Origin: Longimicrobiales bacterium
GTDB taxonomy: Bacteria; Gemmatimonadota; Gemmatimonadetes; Longimicrobiales; Gaopeijiaceae
Direction: 5' to 3'
Assembly (NCBI GenBank): GCA_965238005.1
Contig: OZ250165.1
Span: 1,184,001-1,248,000, forward strand
DNA: 64,000 nucleotides
In this document: positions 1-9,643 of the stretch, piece after piece
Layout: each line of letters opens with the position of its first letter
Numbering within the stretch: position 1 is the stretch's first letter
Translations under genes and position numbers: made by a program
Notes under the pieces: model-generated
Databases searched by the model: none
Told to the model about the DNA's origin: nothing
What the model saw: the letters and a program-made list of their open reading frames with translations, nothing else

Positions 1-14
1 CGAGTGGTCCACCA
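1..14 (+). tRNA. Possible 3' end of a tRNA cut by the window edge
   Basis: CGA-GTGGTCC-A-CCA resembles an acceptor 3' strand, discriminator and CCA. It is followed by a hairpin GAGAC-ggcgg-GTCTC (25-39) and TCTTT. Only 14 nt are visible. Confidence 0.3.
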
Positions 15-243
15 GTTCGTTGCCGAGACGGCGGGTCTCTCTTTGAAGTTTTCGGCGCCAGGCGGTCCGCTCTGAAGGATCGGTCTCATCCCCATCGAGA
101 TAGACGCTGAGCAGGGGTGTGTCCTTGAGCCGGCGGTGCAGCTCCGTCAACTGCCGAAGGTCGAGCATGGTCGCCTTCCCCTCATCCGCCCTGCCTGGAA
201 GACGAATGGGCGGAAACGAGGCATAAAGAGGTATGTTACCGGT

Positions 244-621
244 ATGGAGACTCCACTGAAACCTGACTTCCACCGGTCCGACGGCGGACGCGGCCCGAAC
301 CGGCCGCACGGGCTCGCTGGCTTCACGATGATCGAGCTCATGATCGTCACCGTCATCGTCGGGCTGCTCGTGGGCCTTGCCGTTCCCCGCTTCGATGAGG
401 TGCGCCAAAAGGCGTTCAATCGGACGGTGCTGTCCGACATCCGAACCACCATCGCCGAGATCGAGCGCTTCGCGACCATAAAGTACGCATTTCCGAACGA
501 CGAGAACGACCTGTTTGCGGAGGGTCTCACCCTCTCACCGGGCGTGTCCTTCACGTCCTTCAAGGTCAAAGACCCGAATGAGCCCGAGAGAGCCGAAGTC
601 CACATTCCCGCGCAGACCTGA
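244..621 (+). CDS. Type IV pilin-like protein (prepilin N-terminal cleavage/methylation motif)
   Basis: G|FTMIELMIVTVIVGLLVGLAVPRF class III signal with Glu at +5. The C-terminus may be truncated. Confidence 0.8.
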   Translation: METPLKPDFHRSDGGRGPNRPHGLAGFTMIELMIVTVIVGLLVGLAVPRFDEVRQKAFNRTVLSDIRTTIAEIERFATIKYAFPNDENDLFAEGLTLSPGVSFTSFKVKDPNEPERAEVHIPAQT

Positions 622-875
622 CAGGAAACTATCGCCAACGAAAGCATGGGGGTTGGAGGATTGGTTCGTTGACCTGTCAGGATTGAGTGACAGGTGCAAA
701 GGCTAACGGCTATCTCGAACTTGGCTCCTCGGGGTCTCGATCCGCCAGGTTTTCAGGTGATGCGGTTGCGCGGCCCGTACCGGACGATGGGCGATCCCCA
801 ATGCCCCCGTTGGGCGCGCCACGCCTCCCACCCCGAGATTGGGAAGAGATTCCACCCCGTCCGCAGGAGGCAGGT

Positions 876-1301
876 ATGAAGATCAGGGACATCCTCCGCT
901 ACAAAGGGCACGAGGTCGTCACAGCGTCCGCCGGCGATAGCGTCCTCCAAACCGTGCGCGTTCTCGTGGACCACGACATCGGTGGCGTGGTGGTGGTGGA
1001 TGGCGGCGAGGTCATTGGGATTCTCACGGAACGCGACATCCTTCGTCTCGTCGCGAGCAAGCCGGACGAGCTCCAGGCCCTCGAAGTCGGGCAGGTGATG
1101 ACGCGCGACGTGATCAAGTTGGCGCCCGACGACGATCTGGCTCACGTCATGGAGGTCATGACGGAGAACCGGGTTCGACACCTCCCCGTCATCGAGGAAG
1201 GTAGGTTGGCCGGGATCGTCACGATCGGTGATGTCGTGAACGCGTTCCGGCGCGTTGCCGAGGACGAGAACGCGCATCTCATTCAGTACATCCAGAGTTG
1301 A
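876..1301 (+). CDS. CBS-domain pair protein
   Basis: AGGAGG RBS; motifs IGILTERDIL, VMTRDVI, RVRHLPVI, GIVTIGDVV. Confidence 0.92.
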   Translation: MKIRDILRYKGHEVVTASAGDSVLQTVRVLVDHDIGGVVVVDGGEVIGILTERDILRLVASKPDELQALEVGQVMTRDVIKLAPDDDLAHVMEVMTENRVRHLPVIEEGRLAGIVTIGDVVNAFRRVAEDENAHLIQYIQS

Positions 1302-1386
1302 CGGAGCGTCCGGGCTCTGGCCGACGCAACGACGAGACTTGGAGCGTGTCCGGGCTTCCGGTAGATGGCCGTGGCATGCGAGGCTC

Positions 1387-1416
1387 TTGACACATCCCGA
1401 GGCTTCGGGTAACTAT
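1387..1416 (+). promoter_or_regulatory. Putative sigma70 promoter
   Basis: Perfect TTGACA (1387-1392) and a weak -10 candidate within TAACTAT (1410-1416), 17-18 bp downstream. The spacer holds the inverted repeat CCCGA-ggct-TCGGG. Confidence 0.5.
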
Positions 1417-1422
1417 CGGCTC

Positions 1423-1512
1423 ATGAACATCATTTTCTCGCAGAGCGATCGATTTATGGGCTCGCCAGGTAAACCGTTGCCAGGCGTTTGGCCGGAGGTG
1501 CGTGCGTTGTAG
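1423..1512 (+). CDS. Putative leader peptide MNIIFSQSDRFMGSPGKPLPGVWPEVRAL
   Basis: ATG lies near the predicted TSS and there is no RBS. It has two Phe codons and one Trp codon and overlaps the antiterminator arm. Confidence 0.35.
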   Translation: MNIIFSQSDRFMGSPGKPLPGVWPEVRAL

Positions 1513-1538
1513 TACCAGAGCCAACCCATGAGTGGATC

Positions 1539-1572
1539 GACGTCCTGGCAAATCGCCGGGGCGTCTTTTTTT
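1539..1572 (+). terminator. Intrinsic terminator/attenuator in the leader of chorismate mutase-pheA
   Basis: 11-bp stem GACGTCCTGGC-aaatc-GCCGGGGCGTC (2 G-U pairs) plus T7, ending 17 nt before the chorismate mutase ATG. Confidence 0.75.
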
Positions 1573-1589
1573 GTCCAAAGGATTTTGCA

Positions 1590-1892
1590 ATGACGACGAT
1601 GGAAGCAGTTAGGAAGCTCCACATGGTGAGAGGTGAGATCGACGCAGTCGATCGATCCCTGGTGGGGCTCATGGCGTCCCGGCTCGATTTGGCCCGGGAG
1701 GCACGGCTCCTGAAGGACCAAGGGGAACTGAGGTACGAGGATCCTGCCCGGGAGGCGGCCGTGGTCCGGCAGGCAGCCGAGACAGCCAGGGAGCTGGAGT
1801 TGGACCCCGAGATCATCCGGGACGTGTTCTGGCGCCTCATCGCCCTGTCGAAGTGGGCCCACTCGAAGAACCCGGGAGTGGCCGCGGGATGA
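1590..1892 (+). CDS. Chorismate mutase (AroQ/type II)
   Basis: RGEIDAVDRSLVGLMASR...K...DPAREAAV motif; ATGA overlap with pheA. Confidence 0.88.
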   Translation: MTTMEAVRKLHMVRGEIDAVDRSLVGLMASRLDLAREARLLKDQGELRYEDPAREAAVVRQAAETARELELDPEIIRDVFWRLIALSKWAHSKNPGVAAG

Positions 1893-2722
1893 CCCGTGTC
1901 TCCATCCAGGGAGAGGCTGGGGCGTTCAGCCATGCGGCGGCCCAGCAGTTGCTCGGTCCGGATATCGAGCTTCATCCCTGCAGGACTTTCGACGAGGCGT
2001 TCGAGTCCGTCCTGAGACACGACGTTGACCGGGCCGTGATCCCGGTGGAGAACGCCTTGGCGGGCGCCGTGGTCGAGTCCCTGGATCTCTTGTGGTCCAC
2101 GGGCCTCGAGGTCGTGGGTGAGACGCGCGTCCGGATTCGCCTGTGCCTTTCGGCTCCTCCCGGCGTCCGTCTGGAGGACGTGCGGTCGGTCGCTTCGCAT
2201 CCGGTGGCCCTCAAGCAGTGCCGTGGGCTCTTCGACGCGAACCCCCTCATGGAGAGCGTGGTGGTCTACGACACAGCGGGCAGCGTCAGAGACCTCATGC
2301 TCGGCAACGCCGACTACGACGCCGCCATCGGATCGCCCCTCGCAGCAGAGCTCTACGGTGCGGAGGTGCTGAAGGGCGCCGTAGAGGACGACCACAGGAA
2401 CTACACCCGGTTCTTCGAGTTGACCGCACCGGCCGCCGAGAGGGCGACGAGCGGGGACTCCGCGGCGGTCGCCGTGGTGGTCCGAAACGAGCCGGGGGGC
2501 CTCCACGAGGTGCTTGGAGTGTTCGCCGCCCACGGCGTCGACATGACCCAGATCGTCGCCCGTCCCATCAGGGGCGCTCCCTGGCAGTATCGATTCTACA
2601 TGGAAGTGCGCGCGGACCGGCCCGAGAACCTGACCGAGTGCCTACGGGTGCTCGAGGGCACAGCGGAGGAGACGCGGGTCTTCGGTACTTACTCCAAGTT
2701 CCAAGAGGTCGTCGCCGGCTAG
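1889..2722 (+). CDS. pheA: Prephenate dehydratase with ACT domain
   Basis: IQGEAGAFSH, PVENA, SHPVALKQC, NYTRF and ACT-domain NEPGGL...RPI motifs. Confidence 0.93.
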   Translation: MTRVSIQGEAGAFSHAAAQQLLGPDIELHPCRTFDEAFESVLRHDVDRAVIPVENALAGAVVESLDLLWSTGLEVVGETRVRIRLCLSAPPGVRLEDVRSVASHPVALKQCRGLFDANPLMESVVVYDTAGSVRDLMLGNADYDAAIGSPLAAELYGAEVLKGAVEDDHRNYTRFFELTAPAAERATSGDSAAVAVVVRNEPGGLHEVLGVFAAHGVDMTQIVARPIRGAPWQYRFYMEVRADRPENLTECLRVLEGTAEETRVFGTYSKFQEVVAG

Positions 2723-3183
2723 ACGTCGCGACGCCCAACCGCGCAACCACGCTCCGGGTGGCCTCGATCATCTTGGTGCTTGGGTCGACGGCGGTGAAGC
2801 GCCACCCAGACCGAGGGAGGGGTCAGGTGCTCGATTTCCTTGCCCGTGCCGCAGCCGACCAAGAGGAAGTGCCCCTCGGAGCCGAGATGGGTGTGAAGAA
2901 GCGCGAGCACCGCTTCGAAGACCTGGTCGTAGCCTGGAATGACGGTCTCGGCGATGAAGGTGTAGCCCTCACCGTAGTCACCGTCCAAGTCGAAGGCCTC
3001 TGGGTCCCTCACGGCGCTGTCCCTCCGGCTCGCTGGAAGTGAGCCAGCGACGCGCAGGTATCCAGTGCGACCGGGCGGGTGGTCGATGCAGAGAGCCCGG
3101 GTGACAAGGACCGTGGCGCTGAAGGTACGGTCCTTTTTCAGGATCTTGAGGCTGTAAGTGACGTCCCTGATCAGGGATTCCAT
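2719..3183 (-). pseudogene. Chimeric remnant: ADOP/MacB-type permease N-terminus joined to a class I methyltransferase N-terminal fragment
   Basis: MESLIRDVTYSLKILKKDRTFSATVLVTRALCI resembles the start of an ADOP permease. IPGYDQVF...LLVGCGTGKE resembles SAM motif I. Both parts are truncated. Confidence 0.6.
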
Positions 3184-3318
3184 GACAGGCTCGGGCGGTT
3201 CGGGACTGGATGTCGGCTACCCCGACGAGGGTGGTGGGGCGGAGGTTTCGCTCGCACGCCTTGCCTCGCTCCCTCATCGGCCCCAGCATCACTGAGCGCC
3301 TCACCACGGAGGGATCCC

Positions 3319-4209
3319 ATGCGCACGATCACCCTGCTTCTCGCCGTCACTCTCGCTGCCGTGTCCGGCCCGAACTCGGCCGTCGCCCAGGACCATGACG
3401 GCCCCGTCTCCTTCGTCCGTTACGAGTATCAGGACCGCATTTCCTACGGGGTGCTGGACGGTGACCGCATTCAGAGGATCGAGGGCGATCTCTATGGCGA
3501 GCACACCCTCACGGAGACCACGGTGGATCTGTCGGCCGTGAAGTTGTTGCCTCTCTCCGAGCCTCAGAAGGTCATCGCCGTGGGGCTGAACTACCGCAGC
3601 CATATCGGGGATCGCCCGCCGGCCGCGTATCCGGGGCTCTTCGCCAAGTATCCCACCTCTCTCGTGGGGCACGAAGCCGACATCGTCCGGCCCGAGGGAG
3701 CCGGCAACCTCCACTACGAGGGTGAGCTGGTCCTGGTGATCGGCAAGCGCGCGAAGAACGTGTCCGAGAGTGAGGCCCTCGACTATGTCTTCGGCGTCAC
3801 CGGAGGAAACGACGTCAGTGAGAGGGACTGGCAGGGCGCCGACCTCCAGTGGTTCCGCGCCAAGGCGTACGACACGTTCGGGCCGGTTGGGCCGGCGGTC
3901 ACCGTCGGGCTCGATCCGGACGACCTGCTGGTCCAGTCCCGTGTGAACGGCGAGGTACGCCAGTTGGAGCGATCCAGCGACCTCATTTTCGACGCCTCGG
4001 CCATCGTGAGCTACATCAGCCGCTACATCACCTTGGAGCCCGGCGACCTAATCTTCACGGGCACGCCCCAGACGACTCGTGCCCTGGAGGACGGGGACGT
4101 CGTGGAAGTGGAGATCGAAGACGTGGGCGTGCTCAGGAACCGGGTCGTGAGCGCGAAGGCAACTAGCGTGACGCTTCGCCCGATGCGGACCTGTTCGTCG
4201 CTAACATGA
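3319..4209 (+). CDS. Fumarylacetoacetate hydrolase family protein with N-terminal signal peptide
   Basis: GLNYRSH, HYEGELVLVIGK, NDVSERDWQ, KAYDTFGP and TLEPGDLIFTGTP motifs; signal peptide ending AVA-Q; GGAGG RBS. Confidence 0.93.
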   Translation: MRTITLLLAVTLAAVSGPNSAVAQDHDGPVSFVRYEYQDRISYGVLDGDRIQRIEGDLYGEHTLTETTVDLSAVKLLPLSEPQKVIAVGLNYRSHIGDRPPAAYPGLFAKYPTSLVGHEADIVRPEGAGNLHYEGELVLVIGKRAKNVSESEALDYVFGVTGGNDVSERDWQGADLQWFRAKAYDTFGPVGPAVTVGLDPDDLLVQSRVNGEVRQLERSSDLIFDASAIVSYISRYITLEPGDLIFTGTPQTTRALEDGDVVEVEIEDVGVLRNRVVSAKATSVTLRPMRTCSSLT

Positions 4210-4661
4210 ACGGCGACCCCAACGCCCTCTACAGGAACGAGGGCGATGGCCGCTTCAGCGATTTGGCTCCCGAGCTTGGGCTCGACATCGACGCCCGTTA
4301 CGACGCGTGCGCTTTTGGTGACTTCGATCTTGTGATGCGCAACCTGATGGGGTCCGAGCTCAAGGGCCGGTCCATTCAGGTCCGGGTCGTGGATGCGGCC
4401 GGTCACGCCACCAGGGCCGGTGCGAAGGTGAGGGTGTATGCGGCCGGAACCCGTACGCTCCTGGGCACACGCATTCTCGATACGGGATCGGGGTACGACT
4501 CCCAGATCGTCCTGCCGGCTCACTTCGGCCTGGGTGGAGACGGTCCGGTGGACGTCGAGGTGGTGTTCCCCGGAGGTGGGTCACGAGACGTGACCGAGGT
4601 GAAGAACGTTGATCCCGCCGCCCATGTGGGCAGGCCGGTGACCGTCGTCTTGGCCGGATAG
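4185..4661 (+). pseudogene. FG-GAP/ASPIC-UnbV (CRTAC1-like) C-terminal remnant with internal deletion
   Basis: DLFVANMNGDPNALYRNEGDGRFSD, then GAKVRV...GSGYDSQ...AHFGLG...VEVVFPGG. The N-terminus is absent. Confidence 0.7.
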
Positions 4662-4705
4662 ACTTTCTCAGGGAGGCCTGCTCGGTAGTTCGCTAGGTGA
4701 GCACA

Positions 4706-6376
4706 ATGAATATCCGCAACGCTTGTTTCGCACTCGCCGCCGCCGTTCTGATGGTCTGGGCGTGCGAGCCGTCGGACCCCGCTCCCCACAACGACTCCAT
4801 CCGGGCCGAAGAGCTGAGCGCCGACCTGCACTTTCTCGCGGGGGATGAGATGCGCGGCCGCCTCGTGGGGACATCCGAGATCGAGCGGGCGGCGGAGTTC
4901 ATCGCCGCGCGCTTCGACAGCCTGGGGCTGGAGCCGGCCGGTGAGGACGGGTCCTTCTTCCAGCCCTTTGACTTGAACTGGTTCTCCCTGGGAGACGGCA
5001 ACCGCCTCAGCGTCGAGGGGGGCGGCTTCACGGGCCGCTCACGCGAGCCCGGCGACGGCTTCTACCCGCTCAACTTCAGCGCTTCCACTTCGGCCAGTGG
5101 CGAGCTCGCCTTCGCGGGCTTCGGCATCATCGAGCCCCGCCTGTCATACGACGACTACGGCGATCAGGACGTCTCGGGGAAGATCGTGTTGGCTCTGGAC
5201 CGTGAGCCGGGCGTGGCGGACCCCGAGAGTCCCTTCGACGGCGTGGTGACGGCCGAAGCGTCTGCCACTTGGCGAAAGGCGTTGGCGGCACAGGCACGGG
5301 GGGCGGCGGGAATCCTCTTCGTGCGGGACGTACACAATCGCCCCGACCTCTCCGACTTCACCCAGACGGCCCAGGACTACTGGCCCAGCACCCCCCGGCG
5401 GATCGAGCGCTTTTCTCTGGCGGTGCGGATGGAGAGGATCCACATTCCCGCAGCGCAGATCTCCGCGGAGTTGGCTGAGCGGCTCGTGGCAGGCACGGGC
5501 CGGATGCTGCAGGACCTGGCCATGGCATCCGAGACCTCCAATGGACTTGGAGCCATGGAGCTTCCGGGACCCGTCATCTCTATCGATGCGTCTGTGGAAC
5601 GTCACACGACCCGGGCGCGCAACGTGCTCGGCCTCATCCGTGGGAGCGATCCGGACCTGCGTGACGAGGTGGTCGTCCTCTCCGCCCATCACGACCACGA
5701 CGGCGCCAACGGGGAGGACATCTTCAACGGAGCCGACGACGACGGCTCGGGGATCGTGGGCCTCCTGGAGATCGCCGAGGCGTATGCCGAGGCGGTGCAG
5801 GACGGACGGAGACCCCGGCGCTCGGTGCTCTTCGCGGCCTGGGACGCCGAGGAGCGGGGTCTGCTGGGCGCTTGGTATCACACGGAGCGACCCTACGCGC
5901 CCCTGGAGGACATCGCGGCGGTTCTCAACATGGACATGATCGGGAGGAACGAGGAGGTACCGGAGGACGGGGGTGGGCGCTTCAGGGGCCTGGAGGTCCA
6001 GACGGGCGATTCCAACGCCAACGCCGTCAACATCCTGGGCCACACCTTCAGCGCCGATCTGAGGGCGGCCGTCGAGGCGGCAAACGAAGCCCACGGCCTA
6101 GAGCTCGAGCTCGACTACGACAACAACGCCTCCAACCTGCTCCGTCGCAGCGACCAATGGCCGTTCCTGCAGCGCGGCGTCCCGGCTCTCTTCTTCCACA
6201 CAGGGCTGCATCCCGACTATCATACCGTCAACGACACACCCGATCGGATCCAGTACGGTAAGATGGAGACTATCGTGCGACTGGTTCACCGGACGAGCTG
6301 GAGCCTCGCCGACGCTGACGGCAGGCCGGTCTATGATCGCCACACAGGCAGGGTTGCCGAGGGCTCGGAGCCATGA
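4706..6376 (+). CDS. M28 family peptidase with PA domain, lipoprotein
   Basis: Lipobox VWAC; SAHHDH, GADDDGSG, AEERGLLG, NMDMIGR and SDQWPF...YHTVND motifs. Confidence 0.93.
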   Translation: MNIRNACFALAAAVLMVWACEPSDPAPHNDSIRAEELSADLHFLAGDEMRGRLVGTSEIERAAEFIAARFDSLGLEPAGEDGSFFQPFDLNWFSLGDGNRLSVEGGGFTGRSREPGDGFYPLNFSASTSASGELAFAGFGIIEPRLSYDDYGDQDVSGKIVLALDREPGVADPESPFDGVVTAEASATWRKALAAQARGAAGILFVRDVHNRPDLSDFTQTAQDYWPSTPRRIERFSLAVRMERIHIPAAQISAELAERLVAGTGRMLQDLAMASETSNGLGAMELPGPVISIDASVERHTTRARNVLGLIRGSDPDLRDEVVVLSAHHDHDGANGEDIFNGADDDGSGIVGLLEIAEAYAEAVQDGRRPRRSVLFAAWDAEERGLLGAWYHTERPYAPLEDIAAVLNMDMIGRNEEVPEDGGGRFRGLEVQTGDSNANAVNILGHTFSADLRAAVEAANEAHGLELELDYDNNASNLLRRSDQWPFLQRGVPALFFHTGLHPDYHTVNDTPDRIQYGKMETIVRLVHRTSWSLADADGRPVYDRHTGRVAEGSEP

Positions 6377-7212
6377 GCGAAGGAACCACCTACGAACGCA
6401 TCTCGGTCCGTCCCGTCACGCCGGTCATCGGGGCCGAGATCGAAGGCGTGCACCTCGACGAGCCGCTGGACGAGGTCACTGTCCAGGAGATTCAGGACGC
6501 GCTCACGGCTCATCAGGTGATCTTCTTCCGGGACCAGGAAATCTCCGTGGAGCACCAGAAGACGCTCGGAAGGTGGTTCGGAGAGCTGGTCGTGCATCCC
6601 AACGACCCCGGGCTCGAGGGACATCCCGAGGTCATGATCATCCACGCCGACGAGTCGTCTAAACGAGTGGCGGGGGAGCGCTGGCACTCCGATGTGTCCT
6701 GCACCGAAGAGCCCCCCCTGGGCTCGATCCTGCGCATGTTCACGGTCCCGGACTCGGGGGGCGACACGCTCTTCGCCAGCATGTACGCGGCGTACGATGC
6801 CCTCTCCGGACCCATGAAGAGCCTCTTGCAGGGTCTGACGGCGATTCACGACGGCGGCCCGTACTATCGGGGGGTGAACGCGATGATCGGTCGCGAGGAT
6901 GGAGGGCGCGAGTACCCCAAGGCCGAGCATCCGGTTGTCCGATCCCATCCGGTGACCGGGCGGAAGGGGATTTTCGTCAACGAGCTCTTCACCACGCACT
7001 TCGTGGGCCTGCCCAAAGCCGAGAGCGACGCGATCCTCGACTTCCTCTTCCGGCACGTGCAGCGGGGAGAGTTCCAGTGCCGCTTTCGGTGGGAGCCCAA
7101 CTCCATCGCCTTCTGGGACAACCGCTGGACCCAGCACCTGGCGATCTGGGACTACTGGCCGCAGACCCGATCCGGATACCGCGTTACCATCGAGGGAGAG
7201 CGGCCGGCCTGA
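6373..7212 (+). CDS. tauD: TauD/TfdA family alpha-ketoglutarate-dependent dioxygenase
   Basis: WHSD, GGDTLFASM, HPVVRSHP and WDNRWTQH...R motifs; ATGA overlap with the upstream gene. Confidence 0.9.
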   Translation: MSEGTTYERISVRPVTPVIGAEIEGVHLDEPLDEVTVQEIQDALTAHQVIFFRDQEISVEHQKTLGRWFGELVVHPNDPGLEGHPEVMIIHADESSKRVAGERWHSDVSCTEEPPLGSILRMFTVPDSGGDTLFASMYAAYDALSGPMKSLLQGLTAIHDGGPYYRGVNAMIGREDGGREYPKAEHPVVRSHPVTGRKGIFVNELFTTHFVGLPKAESDAILDFLFRHVQRGEFQCRFRWEPNSIAFWDNRWTQHLAIWDYWPQTRSGYRVTIEGERPA

Positions 7213-7225
7213 TCCGGAGTCCGGC

Positions 7226-8953
7226 TCAGCGGGCCGGCTCGGATTGGCCCTCCGACGTGGAGGCATAGGGCTCTCTCGCGAACACGACCTCGCCGCCCAC
7301 CATGGTCAGCAGCGCCTCGGTCTCGAGAATCTGCGACGCCGGGACGGTCATGATGTCCTTCGAGAGGACGACCAGGTCGGCGTACTTCCCGGGAGTCAGC
7401 GAGCCCAGCACGTCCTCCTCGAAGGAGGCGTAGGCCGCGTCCAGCGTATAACTCTTGAGAGCCTCATAACGCGTGAGCTTCTGGTCCGGATACCAGCCGG
7501 TATCTGGCAGACCCCTGGCGTTTTGCCGCGTGACGGCCGCGTGGATCCCCATGAACGGGCTGAAGCGCCGGGCCCCTTCGTCGGAGCCGCCCACCAGGCG
7601 GGCTCCCGAGTTCAGGAGCGTCCGCCATGCGTAGCCTCCCCGAATCCGCTCCGGACCCACACGCGCTTCGGCCCAAGGCATGTCCAGGGTGGCGTGCATC
7701 CACTGCATGGAGGCGAGGACGTCGAGCTCGGCGAAGCGAGGCAGGTCGTCGAGTTGAACGATCTGCGCGTGCTCGATACGGATGCGGTGGTCGGCAACAG
7801 GATGGATGCTCAGGGCCTGCTCCACGGCCTCCAGGGCCAGCCGATTCCCCCGATCACCGATGGCGTGGATCGCCACGTTGAAGCCTGCCGCCAGCGACCT
7901 CTCCACGATGTAGTAGAGCTGATCGTACGGTACGCGTATGACGCCGATGTTGCCGGGCTCGTCCGAGTAGGGTTTCATGAGGGCCGCGCCTCGCGCTCCC
8001 AGGGCTCCGTCGATGGAGACCTTCACGCCCCGGACCGTGAGCCTGTGGTCGCCATATCCCACCAAGGGGCCTTCGGCGAGGATCTGGTCCAGGATCTCGC
8101 CGGCGTTCAACACCCTGGGTATGGCGTTTATACGGAACGGGAAGTCGCTCTCGTTGATGAGCTCCTTGTACGCCTGCACGGTGGGGAGATTGGTCCCCAT
8201 GTCGTGGGCGCCGGTGAAGCCGTACGAGAGGGAGAGCTGCACGCTCTTGCGGATGCGGTCCTTGAGCGACTCGCGGGCGGCCGCCGGGACGATGCTCCGG
8301 AGGATGCGCTGTGCGTCTTCGATGAGCACTCCGGTGAGCTCTCCCGTGGCATCGTCCCGCATGAGCTTCCCCCCCGGCGGGTCCGGCGTCCCGGCATCGA
8401 GCTCGGCCGCTTCCAGAGCCAGCGAATTGGCCCAGGACGCGTGGGAGTGCATGCCGCCCAGGAAGACCGGATTGTTCGGAGCGGCCTCGTCCAGGGTCGC
8501 CTTGATCGGCCAGGCCTCTCCCGGCCAGTTGCCCGTGTGCCATCCGCTCCCGGTGATCCACAGTCCGGGCTCCATTCGCCGTGCGAGACGACGCACGAGC
8601 TCCGCCGCCTCGGCTTCGCTGGCGGCGTCGGCGAGATCCAGCGCGTTCCCCCGGTCGGCTGCCAAGCCGACGAAGTGCAGGTGCCCGTCCACGAGGCCGG
8701 GGACGAGGGTCTTGCCCTCGAGATCGACGACCCGCGTGCGAACCGTGCGGAGGGCCTCAATCTCCTGGTTGGATCCCACCGCGAGGATGCGGTCCCCTTC
8801 GATAGCGACAGCCTCCGCCCGTGGATTGCGCTCGTCCACGGTGATCACGTTTCCGTTGATGAGGACGATGTCGGCTGTCTGGGCCGCCACCTGGGTAGCC
8901 ACTCCACTCACGACGATGGAGAGGAGCGCTGGGATGAGGATGCTCCCGGTCAT
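7226..8953 (-). CDS. YtcJ-like amidohydrolase (amidohydro_3), exported
   Basis: PGLVDGHLH, DGALGARGA, HAIGDRGN, RIEHAQ, GSLTPGKYADLVVL; signal peptide. Confidence 0.93.
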   Translation of the reverse strand: MTGSILIPALLSIVVSGVATQVAAQTADIVLINGNVITVDERNPRAEAVAIEGDRILAVGSNQEIEALRTVRTRVVDLEGKTLVPGLVDGHLHFVGLAADRGNALDLADAASEAEAAELVRRLARRMEPGLWITGSGWHTGNWPGEAWPIKATLDEAAPNNPVFLGGMHSHASWANSLALEAAELDAGTPDPPGGKLMRDDATGELTGVLIEDAQRILRSIVPAAARESLKDRIRKSVQLSLSYGFTGAHDMGTNLPTVQAYKELINESDFPFRINAIPRVLNAGEILDQILAEGPLVGYGDHRLTVRGVKVSIDGALGARGAALMKPYSDEPGNIGVIRVPYDQLYYIVERSLAAGFNVAIHAIGDRGNRLALEAVEQALSIHPVADHRIRIEHAQIVQLDDLPRFAELDVLASMQWMHATLDMPWAEARVGPERIRGGYAWRTLLNSGARLVGGSDEGARRFSPFMGIHAAVTRQNARGLPDTGWYPDQKLTRYEALKSYTLDAAYASFEEDVLGSLTPGKYADLVVLSKDIMTVPASQILETEALLTMVGGEVVFAREPYASTSEGQSEPAR

Positions 8954-9010
8954 GGGGTCCTCCGAGGAGTCTATGACTGCGGTCCGTGCGTGGCTCGTTC
9001 AGTCACCGTA

Positions 9011-9469
9011 CTACGTTCGTGACGCTCGCGCGAGGGGGAAGACACGCGGGCGGGCACCCTGGTTTGTCAGCGCCCCGCCTCGATCTCCTTGAAAAATCTC
9101 TCTTACGGCCTCCACGTACCGCTCCGGCTCGTCTTGCATGGTGATGTAGGCGCTGTTCTCCAGAACGACGAGGCGTGAGTCGGGCGTGAGGCTGTCGTAA
9201 TACGCCACGGTCTCGGGAGTGGCCTCGTCGTAGCGACCCGTGGTGAAGAGAACGGGAACGGTGAGGTCTCGAAGCGACTCGGCCCGCTCGAAGGTCTTGA
9301 GGGGGCCGGTGGCGGTGAACTCGCTGGGGCCCCACATCTTCTCGTAGACCACCGTGTTGAACTGGATGAACGTGCTGTCCGTGTCGGCGAGCATGGATCC
9401 CCCGGAGCGCCCCAAGAGGTGCACCCTCTCCAACCCCAGCGCTTCACGAACCTGGGCGAGCTCCTCCAC
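9011..9469 (-). pseudogene. Proline iminopeptidase-type alpha/beta hydrolase remnant
   Basis: VREALGLERVHLLGRSGG (degenerate nucleophile elbow), MWGPSEF and GRYDEATP. The N-terminus and the middle are missing. Confidence 0.7.
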
Positions 9470-9479
9470 GAAGCGCGCG

Positions 9480-9643
9480 ACGATGCGGCCATCCAGGTGC
9501 CTACGGCTGCGCTGGGAGCTCTCTATCGCGAGCTACGGGCCATTCATCTGCTCGCCCACCTCAGGACGGCTGAAATGATGACGGACGAGCAGATCGAGGC
9601 GTATGACGAGCTGAGGGGGTACGAGCCCTCAGGAGGGCCATAG
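9480..9643 (+). pseudogene. C-terminal remnant of a Spy/CpxP-like helical protein
   Basis: ELRAIHLLAHLRTAEMMTDEQIEAYDELRGY (LTxEQ-like motif); no credible start. Confidence 0.45.

Noticed and set aside
622..710. c-di-GMP riboswitch between the pilin and CBS genes
   Set aside because: An inverted repeat exists (ACCTGTCA/TGACAGGT, 672-695), but the conserved class I and class II core motifs are not matched.
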